Virus record (IMG/VR): IMGVR_UViG_3300037067_007506 | Coordinates: 4,865 to 68,864 of that record | Length of the DNA stretch: 64,000 nucleotides | Reading direction: 5' to 3' (one strand) | Source: a virus | Lineage: Duplodnaviria; Caudoviricetes | In this document: one piece after another, positions 49,676 through 57,506 of the stretch | Numbering within the stretch: the first letter of the stretch is position 1 | Layout: the number at the start of each line of letters is the position of its first letter | Notes under the pieces: generated by a model | What the model saw: the letters and a program-made list of their open reading frames with translations, nothing else | Databases searched by the model: none | What the model was told of the DNA's origin: nothing | Position numbers and translations under genes: made by a program

Positions 49676-51487
49676 ATGCCAAATATAAATCCAGGAGTTT
49701 ATGCTTCTATAGAAGATAATTCAGATATATTAGTATTGAACAATTCATTAATAATGGGTATTGTTGGAGAATTTGAAAAAGGTCCAGATGATAAACCTAT
49801 GTTAATAAATTCTAAAACATTTAATCAATATTTTGGTAATATTGAAAATGCCCCAAATAAACAATCATATATTTCTGTAATAGAAGTTTTGAAAAAGTCA
49901 CAAGGTATACAATTAATAAATGTTTCTAACACATCTAAGTATGCTGGAGCCGTAGTAACATCTTCAGCAGTCACAGCTTTTTCAACAGGTGTTACTACAA
50001 AAGATTCTTTTAATTTTAATCCAGTTATAACTGATGAAGTATTAGGGTCGGGTGATGGATCAACTGCTAATTTTTCAGGAACATTAGTAAAATATCCAGT
50101 TAATTCGGTAACAAATATTAAGTATACAATAGGTTCACAATTATATACAGCAACTATATCAGCTTTAGGTGTTATTACAGGAACTCATATTACTTCAGGT
50201 TCTGTCAATTTATCAACAGGTGTTTGGAATATAATTTTTGATACACCTGTTGATAATAGTCAAAATATGACAATAACTTATTCTTGGATATCAGATTATC
50301 TATTTACTGTTATAGCTAGATCAAAAAAGTCTTGGGGTAATAATATAGGTATTAAAATAGTAGCTTCTAATTCTACAGATAAAACATTCCAAATAGCAGT
50401 ATATGAAAAACAAGCTGACAATACAGATAAATTATTAAAAACACATGAAGTAAGTAGAAATCAGTTTTATAAAACTGGTAGAGGTAAAAATATATTTATT
50501 GATACCATATTTACTAATGAAAGTTATGTATTATATGCAATTAATAATCCAGCTATTGTTTCAACAACTATTCCAGCAATTACAGCTAATATAGTATATT
50601 GTGCTGGAGGTGATGACGGAATAACAGTAACAAGTTCAGAATATTCTACAGCTATTAAAACTTTTGAAGCAACAGATATTAAGTTTGATTATTTTGTTGG
50701 TGCAGGAATTACAGAAAAAACATTAATTGATGATATTGCTGGAGTTTGTGATAAAAGAAATAAAACAGCATTCATAGATGCTATTGATGGTGATACAGCT
50801 ACAATCGTTACTTGGGTTAATAACACTTTAAATTTAGATAATATGAAAGTTTCTTGTTATTTACCAACTCAATATGTGAGTTATAACGGAAATGAGTATT
50901 TGTGCCCAGCATCAGCTTTAGCAGCAAGACAAAAAGGTGCTAGATTTTTAGGAGAGGGTGAGCCATTTATGCCTGGTGCAGGTATAGGTGAAAATAGAGG
51001 ATCTCTAAGTACTATCAGACAATCTAGGGTTTATGATGATATAACGGACATACCTTTATTAAATGCAGTAGGTTTAAATCCTATACATTATATTGAAGAT
51101 GTTGGTAATGTAATATTTAGTGAGTTTACTTTACAACGAAGAGAATCCTTCACATCATATCAACATACTGTACAAACTGTATTAAAAATGTTAGTTGATA
51201 TTCCAAAAGCATTAAGAGTTTTAGTATTTGAACAAATTGATAATGCTTTATTTTCACAAATAGAAGCAATTTGTGTTAGTTATGCTACACAATTATTATC
51301 ATTTAAAGGAACAATTGATACTGATATAAGTAAATTTAAGGTTGATTTTTCTGATAACGATGATATAACAAAAGATAATCAACAAGTATTTGTTAATATT
51401 ATTTTTGTACCAGCAGGATTAACACAAGAAATTAGATTAAGAATAACATATACTAGTAATCAATTATTTAGTGAATTAGTAGGTTAA
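49676..51487 (+). CDS. tail sheath protein
   Basis: PGVY..IED, GIVGEFEKGP, A.S...WGNNI.I, AGGDDG, PAS..AA, L...GLNPI. Confidence 0.92.
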   Translation: MPNINPGVYASIEDNSDILVLNNSLIMGIVGEFEKGPDDKPMLINSKTFNQYFGNIENAPNKQSYISVIEVLKKSQGIQLINVSNTSKYAGAVVTSSAVTAFSTGVTTKDSFNFNPVITDEVLGSGDGSTANFSGTLVKYPVNSVTNIKYTIGSQLYTATISALGVITGTHITSGSVNLSTGVWNIIFDTPVDNSQNMTITYSWISDYLFTVIARSKKSWGNNIGIKIVASNSTDKTFQIAVYEKQADNTDKLLKTHEVSRNQFYKTGRGKNIFIDTIFTNESYVLYAINNPAIVSTTIPAITANIVYCAGGDDGITVTSSEYSTAIKTFEATDIKFDYFVGAGITEKTLIDDIAGVCDKRNKTAFIDAIDGDTATIVTWVNNTLNLDNMKVSCYLPTQYVSYNGNEYLCPASALAARQKGARFLGEGEPFMPGAGIGENRGSLSTIRQSRVYDDITDIPLLNAVGLNPIHYIEDVGNVIFSEFTLQRRESFTSYQHTVQTVLKMLVDIPKALRVLVFEQIDNALFSQIEAICVSYATQLLSFKGTIDTDISKFKVDFSDNDDITKDNQQVFVNIIFVPAGLTQEIRLRITYTSNQLFSELVG

Positions 51488-51498
51488 GGGAGAAAACA

Positions 51499-52026
51499 AT
51501 GGACGAATATAATAAATTAAAAGCAACTGGAATGATGCAAACCAATTTCATGTGGCTTGTAGATATTCCATATATACCATATGTTGGAGCAAATAATTTT
51601 AAAATATTAGCTCGTATGACATCAGTTCCACAAATTAGAGTTAATCAATCTATTGTAAGAATTTTAGATGATCAATATAGTTTACCCGCAGGTAAACAGC
51701 ATGATGCAATATGGAATGTAGAAATGTTTGTTGAAGAGGGTCATAAACTTTTTGATCAAATGATATTATGGAATTATTATAGAAAACTTTATTCAACAGG
51801 AAGTATGATAAATACTGTTAAAGTTGACGTTCCAATTGGATTTAAAGCTTTAAATAATAAAGTAATTTCAAAAAGAATGAAATTAATTGGAGTAATGCCA
51901 TTAGGATATCCAGAAATACAAGGATTAGATCAAAATTCAGCAGAAGGAATTCTTAGAGTTAATCAGCAATTTTCATTTGATGATATAGATGAAGACCCTT
52001 TCAATTTATTAACTTTTTCAATTTAA
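51499..52026 (+). CDS. tail tube protein
   Basis: Follows sheath; 175 aa; gp19-like pattern (P...N..W.V; L.GV.P...). Confidence 0.75.
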   Translation: MDEYNKLKATGMMQTNFMWLVDIPYIPYVGANNFKILARMTSVPQIRVNQSIVRILDDQYSLPAGKQHDAIWNVEMFVEEGHKLFDQMILWNYYRKLYSTGSMINTVKVDVPIGFKALNNKVISKRMKLIGVMPLGYPEIQGLDQNSAEGILRVNQQFSFDDIDEDPFNLLTFSI

Positions 52027-52030
52027 ACAT

Positions 52031-52054
52031 AAGCCACTACCAAGTGGCTTTTTT
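52031..52054 (+). terminator. rho-independent terminator
   Basis: AAGCCACT-ACCA-AGTGGCTT plus T tract. Confidence 0.85.
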
Positions 52055-52113
52055 ATTGTAATAACATTGTAAATAATTTTTTACATTATATTTATATAAA
52101 AGTAGGAGAAAAT

Positions 52114-53079
52114 ATGGGTAGTTTTAAAGTAAGTGAAGATAAAATAAAAAATGTATCTGAATATTTCGTTAAATTTGGTTTAGAAAAAACAGCACAAGAT
52201 TTTAATTTAAAACCTGCAAGTGTGTTAAGATATGTTAGTTCAGCTAAATCAGATTTAGGTATTAATATTGAAAAAAATAAAATATTATCAAAACTAGCTG
52301 AAAAATTTTCAGATGAGGAATTAAAAAGTATACTTAAAGGTTCAATTTTAACTCCAGAAATGAATACATCTGTTTTAAATTTTGATGGAGAAATATTTAC
52401 ATTTGGATATATAACTGATACTCATGCTGGTAGCAAGTTTTTTAAAAAACATTATTTAACTTCATTTTTTGAAGAGTGTGAAAAACAAAATGTTGAATGT
52501 GTATTTCACACTGGTGATTTATCGGAAGGAATGAGCCATAGACCTGGACACATATATGAATTAACTCATATTGGATTTGATGCACAAAAAGAATACATTA
52601 TAGAATTATTTAAAGATTTTAAAAGAAAATTATACATAATTGATGGTAATCATGATAGATGGTATATTAAATCAAATGGTGCTCTAATAGTAAAAGATAT
52701 AGCTAAGAATTTTCCAAATTGGGAATTTCTTGGTCACGATGATGCAACAGTTATTGTCAATGGTATTAAAGTAGAATTATTTCATGGGGAAGATGCAAGC
52801 AGTTATGCAACAAGTTATAGAGTTCAAAAATTAATTGAAGCTATGCCTGGAGGGGAAAAACCAAATATTTTATTGTGTGGTCATACTCATAAGCAAGTAT
52901 ATATGATTGATAGAAATATACATGCTATTTCCGGAGGGGCTTTATCCTGGCAATCAAATTGGATGAGATCCAAAAAAATAGTTTGTCATTCAGGATTTTG
53001 GATTGTAAAATGTTGCATTTCAAAGGGTGAAGTTAAATGGTTGGAACCTAGATGGTATCCTATTTATAATAAGGATTGA
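52114..53079 (+). CDS. calcineurin-like metallophosphoesterase with an N-terminal helical domain
   Basis: ITDTH, HTGD, GNHD, FHG and GHTH motifs. Confidence 0.85.
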   Translation: MGSFKVSEDKIKNVSEYFVKFGLEKTAQDFNLKPASVLRYVSSAKSDLGINIEKNKILSKLAEKFSDEELKSILKGSILTPEMNTSVLNFDGEIFTFGYITDTHAGSKFFKKHYLTSFFEECEKQNVECVFHTGDLSEGMSHRPGHIYELTHIGFDAQKEYIIELFKDFKRKLYIIDGNHDRWYIKSNGALIVKDIAKNFPNWEFLGHDDATVIVNGIKVELFHGEDASSYATSYRVQKLIEAMPGGEKPNILLCGHTHKQVYMIDRNIHAISGGALSWQSNWMRSKKIVCHSGFWIVKCCISKGEVKWLEPRWYPIYNKD

Positions 53080-53081
53080 AG

Positions 53082-53314
53082 ATGATTAAAAAATTGTTTT
53101 TATAAGAATCATTAATAATATAATTGATTTAGAAATATGTCCACTATGTGGTCAAGAAGCTGTAATGAGATGTAGGATTAGTAATAGACATTGTATAAAT
53201 CATCATAGTTGGTTTGTGAAAGACAATCAATATTATATTGGGGATGGACATGATATTCCAGGTATACCTTTAGATGAATATTTAAGGATAAAAAATGATA
53301 ACAAAATTATTTAA
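53082..53314 (+). pseudogene. degenerate tagged gene (MIKKLFL-stop, with an out-of-frame Cys/His-rich domain)
   Basis: Tag-like start terminated at TAA 53103; the -1 frame encodes CPLCGQEAVMRCRISNRHCINHHSW up to TAA 53314. Confidence 0.4.
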
Positions 53315-54287
53315 AGAAGAAAATAGTATGAATGAAATTGAAAAAATAAGAAAAAGTATTAGGCCTCATATTATAGCTATTGATTTCGACGACACAATTG
53401 CCTATAATAGTTTCCCAGATATTTTAAAAGCGACCTTAAAAGATGGTGCTAAAGAAGTAATTAATAAGTTATATGAAAAAGGATATTATATAATCATTTG
53501 GACATGTAGATATTTAGAAAATCATGTTAATGATTGTATTAATTTTTTAAATAATAATGGAATAAAGTTTCATATAGTTAATGAAAATTATCCAAGTCTA
53601 CCATTTAAACCGACTCGTAAAATATATTACGATATTCTTATAGATGATAAATGTATGTTAGACGTTGATTGGAATAAAATAGAACAATTTATTAATGAAA
53701 AAATTAAAAATGATATTAATTATCACACTTTAATTACAAAAGAAATGATAGATTGGTTTGTTATTAGAACAAATACTCATATTAATTTAGTACAAAAATA
53801 TTGTCAAAAAATATCTGATAAATATTTAAAATATAATAAATTTATAGGTATTGAAAGTAGAGGTAATCAACATGATTCTAATAAATGGTTAGAACCTGAA
53901 GTATTACCTTATATTATTGTTTCTTGGAATTATCATTGTAAAGATATTGGTAAAGAATTTTATATAAATACTGAATTAAAAGAAAAAATGGATAAAGCTT
54001 CTGAACATCATGTTTTAAATAATTCACATCATCCAGAATCATGGAGTACAAAAATAAATTCTGAAATAATTAATAAAGATGATAGAGATGGAATTCCTAG
54101 TGAAATAATAGATGCTGAAAAAATGGATGAATTAGGTATAGCTGAAATGTGTGCTGATTGGTGTGCTATGAGTGAAGAAAGAAATAATACACCAAAAGAA
54201 TGGGCTGATAAAACTGTTAATAAAAGATGGAAATTCACAGATAAACAAGTAACATTAATATATGATATTTTAAATAACATATGGTGA
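53295..54287 (+). CDS. tagged HAD-family phosphatase fused to an HD-domain (DUF5662-like) phosphohydrolase
   Basis: MITKLFKE/E; IAIDFDDTI, IIWTCR, ILIDDK; then HD.NK, HH...N.HHPE.W, EM.ADWCAMS. Confidence 0.75.
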   Translation: MITKLFKEENSMNEIEKIRKSIRPHIIAIDFDDTIAYNSFPDILKATLKDGAKEVINKLYEKGYYIIIWTCRYLENHVNDCINFLNNNGIKFHIVNENYPSLPFKPTRKIYYDILIDDKCMLDVDWNKIEQFINEKIKNDINYHTLITKEMIDWFVIRTNTHINLVQKYCQKISDKYLKYNKFIGIESRGNQHDSNKWLEPEVLPYIIVSWNYHCKDIGKEFYINTELKEKMDKASEHHVLNNSHHPESWSTKINSEIINKDDRDGIPSEIIDAEKMDELGIAEMCADWCAMSEERNNTPKEWADKTVNKRWKFTDKQVTLIYDILNNIW

Positions 54288-54295
54288 TAACTTAG

Positions 54296-54307
54296 TTTTA
54301 TATTTAT
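54296..54307 (+). promoter_or_regulatory. putative late promoter motif
   Basis: TTTTATATTTAT. Confidence 0.7.
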
Positions 54308-54322
54308 TACAAGGACTAAGTC

Positions 54323-54853
54323 ATGCCTGCAATAGAAAGTTTATCACCATCCGGAGTATTAACAACAGCATTAAAATTAGCTGGTCAATTCCAATTCAAA
54401 AATCAATACATTATAACAATGCCTTACATACCAATGATAGGGTCAGGATTAGAAGTATCATTTTTGACAAGAAATACAATATTACCAGGCTTTAAAAGAG
54501 AATCAACTTTGGTCACAAATAGTGTAGGTAAAAGATTCACGATACCATCACCTCTAGCAGAATTTACACATGAATGGGAAGTTAATCTAATATTATTAGA
54601 ATTTGATCAAATATATAGAAAGTTGTATGTTTGGAATAGATTATTAGAATATATTAAGTTAGAATTATTAAAAACTAGTGCTCAAGTACTGTTAGTTTCA
54701 AGTGGGTTAACAAAAATACCAACAAAAGTTGCAAATATATCAGGTATATATGTAAAGAATTTTCCAGAAATAGGTGATTTAAATTATGACAATAATATAG
54801 ATTATTATGTTGGAAAGTTCCTGTTTGCATTTGATAGAATAGATTATTTTTAA
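54323..54853 (+). CDS. tail-tube-like protein (second paralogue)
   Basis: 176 aa; LPG..., EW.V.L, IY.K....IGDLNYD, F.FD pattern. Confidence 0.55.
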   Translation: MPAIESLSPSGVLTTALKLAGQFQFKNQYIITMPYIPMIGSGLEVSFLTRNTILPGFKRESTLVTNSVGKRFTIPSPLAEFTHEWEVNLILLEFDQIYRKLYVWNRLLEYIKLELLKTSAQVLLVSSGLTKIPTKVANISGIYVKNFPEIGDLNYDNNIDYYVGKFLFAFDRIDYF

Positions 54854-54865
54854 ATAAGAGAAGAT

Positions 54866-55519
54866 ATGTTAATAACAAACGTTTTAGATTTTTATGATCA
54901 ATCAGTATTAGGTGAATTAAAAAAACATTTTACTTCTGTACAGAATACCAAATGGTTAATTACTCCATCAGATATAGCTTTTCCAATGTCAAAAAAAGAA
55001 TTTGGTCAAGTTATTTTTCCATTGTATACTGTTTGGAGAACTGGACCAGCAAATAAAACACCCACAGGATCTCTAGCAGCAATGAGTGTAGATTTTAAAT
55101 TAGGTAATGGACAAGCAATTAATTTTTTAAATGTTGGTTTAAAATATCAAATAGATTTTTATTCTCGTAGTATGTATGAGGTTAATCTATCAAATTCAGA
55201 TCATTTAAAATTTCAATGTAATTCTAAATTATATTTTGATTTAACTCAAGTTGGTGTAAGAAATCAACCATTATATGAAGTTCCTGTAAAACATTTTGAT
55301 TCTGTAGATAATAGTAGTTTTTCAGATTATTTTAATGTTGGTAGATATTTTAGATATACTTATGAGATATATATTGATGCAATATATTTTGATCTTATTG
55401 AAGGTGTAGTTTGTAAAGAAATTATATTTGGATTATATAATGTTGAAAAAATAGATTCAAATAAATTAGGTGAAATAACTATAGATGAAGATTATGAATC
55501 ACCTGATGGAGATAATTAA
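54866..55519 (+). CDS. putative tail terminator/sheath stabiliser
   Basis: Position; FPLYTVWR and YQIDFYSR pattern. Confidence 0.4.
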   Translation: MLITNVLDFYDQSVLGELKKHFTSVQNTKWLITPSDIAFPMSKKEFGQVIFPLYTVWRTGPANKTPTGSLAAMSVDFKLGNGQAINFLNVGLKYQIDFYSRSMYEVNLSNSDHLKFQCNSKLYFDLTQVGVRNQPLYEVPVKHFDSVDNSSFSDYFNVGRYFRYTYEIYIDAIYFDLIEGVVCKEIIFGLYNVEKIDSNKLGEITIDEDYESPDGDN

Positions 55520-56241
55520 TGGATGTTAATTCAGTAATAAAAGCATTTTCAAATCAAACATTCGATTTAGAACCAGAAAATAAGTTTATAGTAAGTTTTA
55601 TTGAAACTTTTAATATATTACGTTCTAAAATGTTTGAATATCAAAGGTATTTTAATACTAAAAAAATTAAATATACAAGATCAATACCTATGTCATTACA
55701 GGTTGATAGACAAATTATATCTTCAATTGAAGATATATCAAAATTAAATGTTGATGTTTTTAATTACATATTTATGGTGAAAGCTATAGATTTACCAGAT
55801 GTTTCTATTGAAGGTCGTGATATTGACACAGGTAATTCAACATTTTATAAAGTTAGTAAAATAAAATTAAATGATACATTTAGTATAGAATTTTATTCTG
55901 ATACATTAAATAGAGCTTTAAATTTATATTATACTTGGATTAGTTTAATGACTGATGCATATTATAATACTATAAGACCTATGTATTATTTTGAATCAGA
56001 TATAAAAATATATAGGTTAAGTAGATTGAATGAAATAATAGATATTAGAACATATCACGGTTGTGTTCCTGTATCTACAGATAAGATAAGATATGATGTA
56101 AAACAAAACAAATATTTAGAAGGTAGACCAATTAATTTTAGAATTAATAATGGTATTACTATAGATAAAGATGATGGTGTTCAAACACCACCTCAACAAT
56201 TGGTAGCTGAAGTACCAAATATGTCATTAAGATTAGGATAA
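55519..56241 (+). CDS. tail-tube-like baseplate protein
   Basis: AIDLP.VS, F.IEFY, Y.GC.P pattern. Confidence 0.45.
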   Translation: MDVNSVIKAFSNQTFDLEPENKFIVSFIETFNILRSKMFEYQRYFNTKKIKYTRSIPMSLQVDRQIISSIEDISKLNVDVFNYIFMVKAIDLPDVSIEGRDIDTGNSTFYKVSKIKLNDTFSIEFYSDTLNRALNLYYTWISLMTDAYYNTIRPMYYFESDIKIYRLSRLNEIIDIRTYHGCVPVSTDKIRYDVKQNKYLEGRPINFRINNGITIDKDDGVQTPPQQLVAEVPNMSLRLG

Positions 56242-56250
56242 GGATAAAAT

Positions 56251-57345
56251 ATGAAATATGAGTACAATTTATTAACAAATGGTAATTTATTTAATTACCC
56301 GAAAAAACTTTTTGTGAAGAATATACAGATTAAACATATACGAGAATTATTATTAGCTGGACCACAAGGTGATGAAGTTGTGAATGAAGTTATGTCTAGA
56401 GTATTAGACGATCTAATAGATTTTTCAAAAATACCTGGATTAGAAAATTCAGATGATTTAACATTACCTGATATTCAAAAAATATGTATATTATTACGTA
56501 TGAACTCAAAAGGCGAAAAATATACTATTAGTTGGAAATGTCCTCAATGTGATAAAGATGTGACAAATACTTTTGATTTATCAAAAATTAAAGAAAATAA
56601 GTTAGAAAAATATGTGAAAGATATTATAATAACATTACCTGAAGAAATATTTGGAGTTACTGAACTTGAATTAAGTGTTCCAAGAAGAAAAGATTTTAAA
56701 AATATTAATAGAATAATTAAATCAATTAAAAAAGAAGTAATAGAAAAAATAAATAATGATTCAAATTTAACAGAAATTGAAAATTTAGAGCAAAAGAAAA
56801 CCAATTTGAAAAGTAATTTAAATAAAACCATTATGGATTTAATGAAAATTAAAATGGAAAAAAGTTTAAACAATGTTCAAGATTTAATTCAAAAAACAGA
56901 GTTAGGTATTAATGAAGAAAATGATGAAATAGATAATATAAAAAACAAAACAAATAAAGAGATATTAGAAATAGAAAATCAAATAGAGTTATTAAAGAAA
57001 AACAAAAGTGTGAATAATGAAAAAGTTATTAAGGTTTTAAAAGAATATTTAATGTTTGGTACAATAGAAAAATTAAACAAAGGTGAATTATTAAATGTTA
57101 CTATTGAGGATTTAATTTTTGATCCGTTAACAGAATATATGTTATCTATTATGATATGTGTTAAAAATTTACCTAATAATATTTTAAAATTTATTGGTGA
57201 ATTACAAGGTGAAACCTTAGACAAATTAGAATCTTTTACACAAAGTTATTATCATGGTTTAGATAATATATTGTTATTTAATTGTCCCTGTGGTTATCAA
57301 AGTAAAAGAAATTTTGAATTAACACCCGCTTTTTTTTTAGATTAG
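56251..57345 (+). CDS. tail assembly chaperone / gp26-like hub protein (short form)
   Basis: D..K..ILLR.NSKGE......CP.C; CPCG; ends AFFLD; two genes' worth of frame before the tape measure. Confidence 0.7.
   Translation: MKYEYNLLTNGNLFNYPKKLFVKNIQIKHIRELLLAGPQGDEVVNEVMSRVLDDLIDFSKIPGLENSDDLTLPDIQKICILLRMNSKGEKYTISWKCPQCDKDVTNTFDLSKIKENKLEKYVKDIIITLPEEIFGVTELELSVPRRKDFKNINRIIKSIKKEVIEKINNDSNLTEIENLEQKKTNLKSNLNKTIMDLMKIKMEKSLNNVQDLIQKTELGINEENDEIDNIKNKTNKEILEIENQIELLKKNKSVNNEKVIKVLKEYLMFGTIEKLNKGELLNVTIEDLIFDPLTEYMLSIMICVKNLPNNILKFIGELQGETLDKLESFTQSYYHGLDNILLFNCPCGYQSKRNFELTPAFFLD
57330..57339 (+). other. -1 ribosomal frameshift slippery site (T9-A)
   Basis: GCT TTT TTT TTA; the -1 frame stays open to TAA 57506, abutting the tape-measure ATG. 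Confidence 0.75.
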
Positions 57346-57506
57346 ATGATGGAAGAGAAAAAGCTATATCTATATTAGATACTATATTAGGGTTTACTAG
57401 TATTTTAAAAATGCAAAAAGATATAGTTGATGATTTAGAACTTTATGAATATGAACACTATGTTGATATTTTGAATGATAAGATTAAAGATATGGAGAAA
57501 AAATAA
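57336..57506 (+). CDS. frameshift extension of the tail chaperone (GT/gp51-like, 56 aa)
   Basis: FRLDDGREKAISILDTILGFTSILKMQKDIVDDLELYEYEHYVDILNDKIKDMEKK; no obvious independent start. Confidence 0.7.
   Translation, partial: FRLDDGREKAISILDTILGFTSILKMQKDIVDDLELYEYEHYVDILNDKIKDMEKK

Noticed and set aside
7445-52054. GCCACT/AGTGGC hairpin family as a mobile miniature element
   Set aside because: All copies are at gene ends with A/T tracts and are fully explained as terminators; their reuse is covered in the cassette finding
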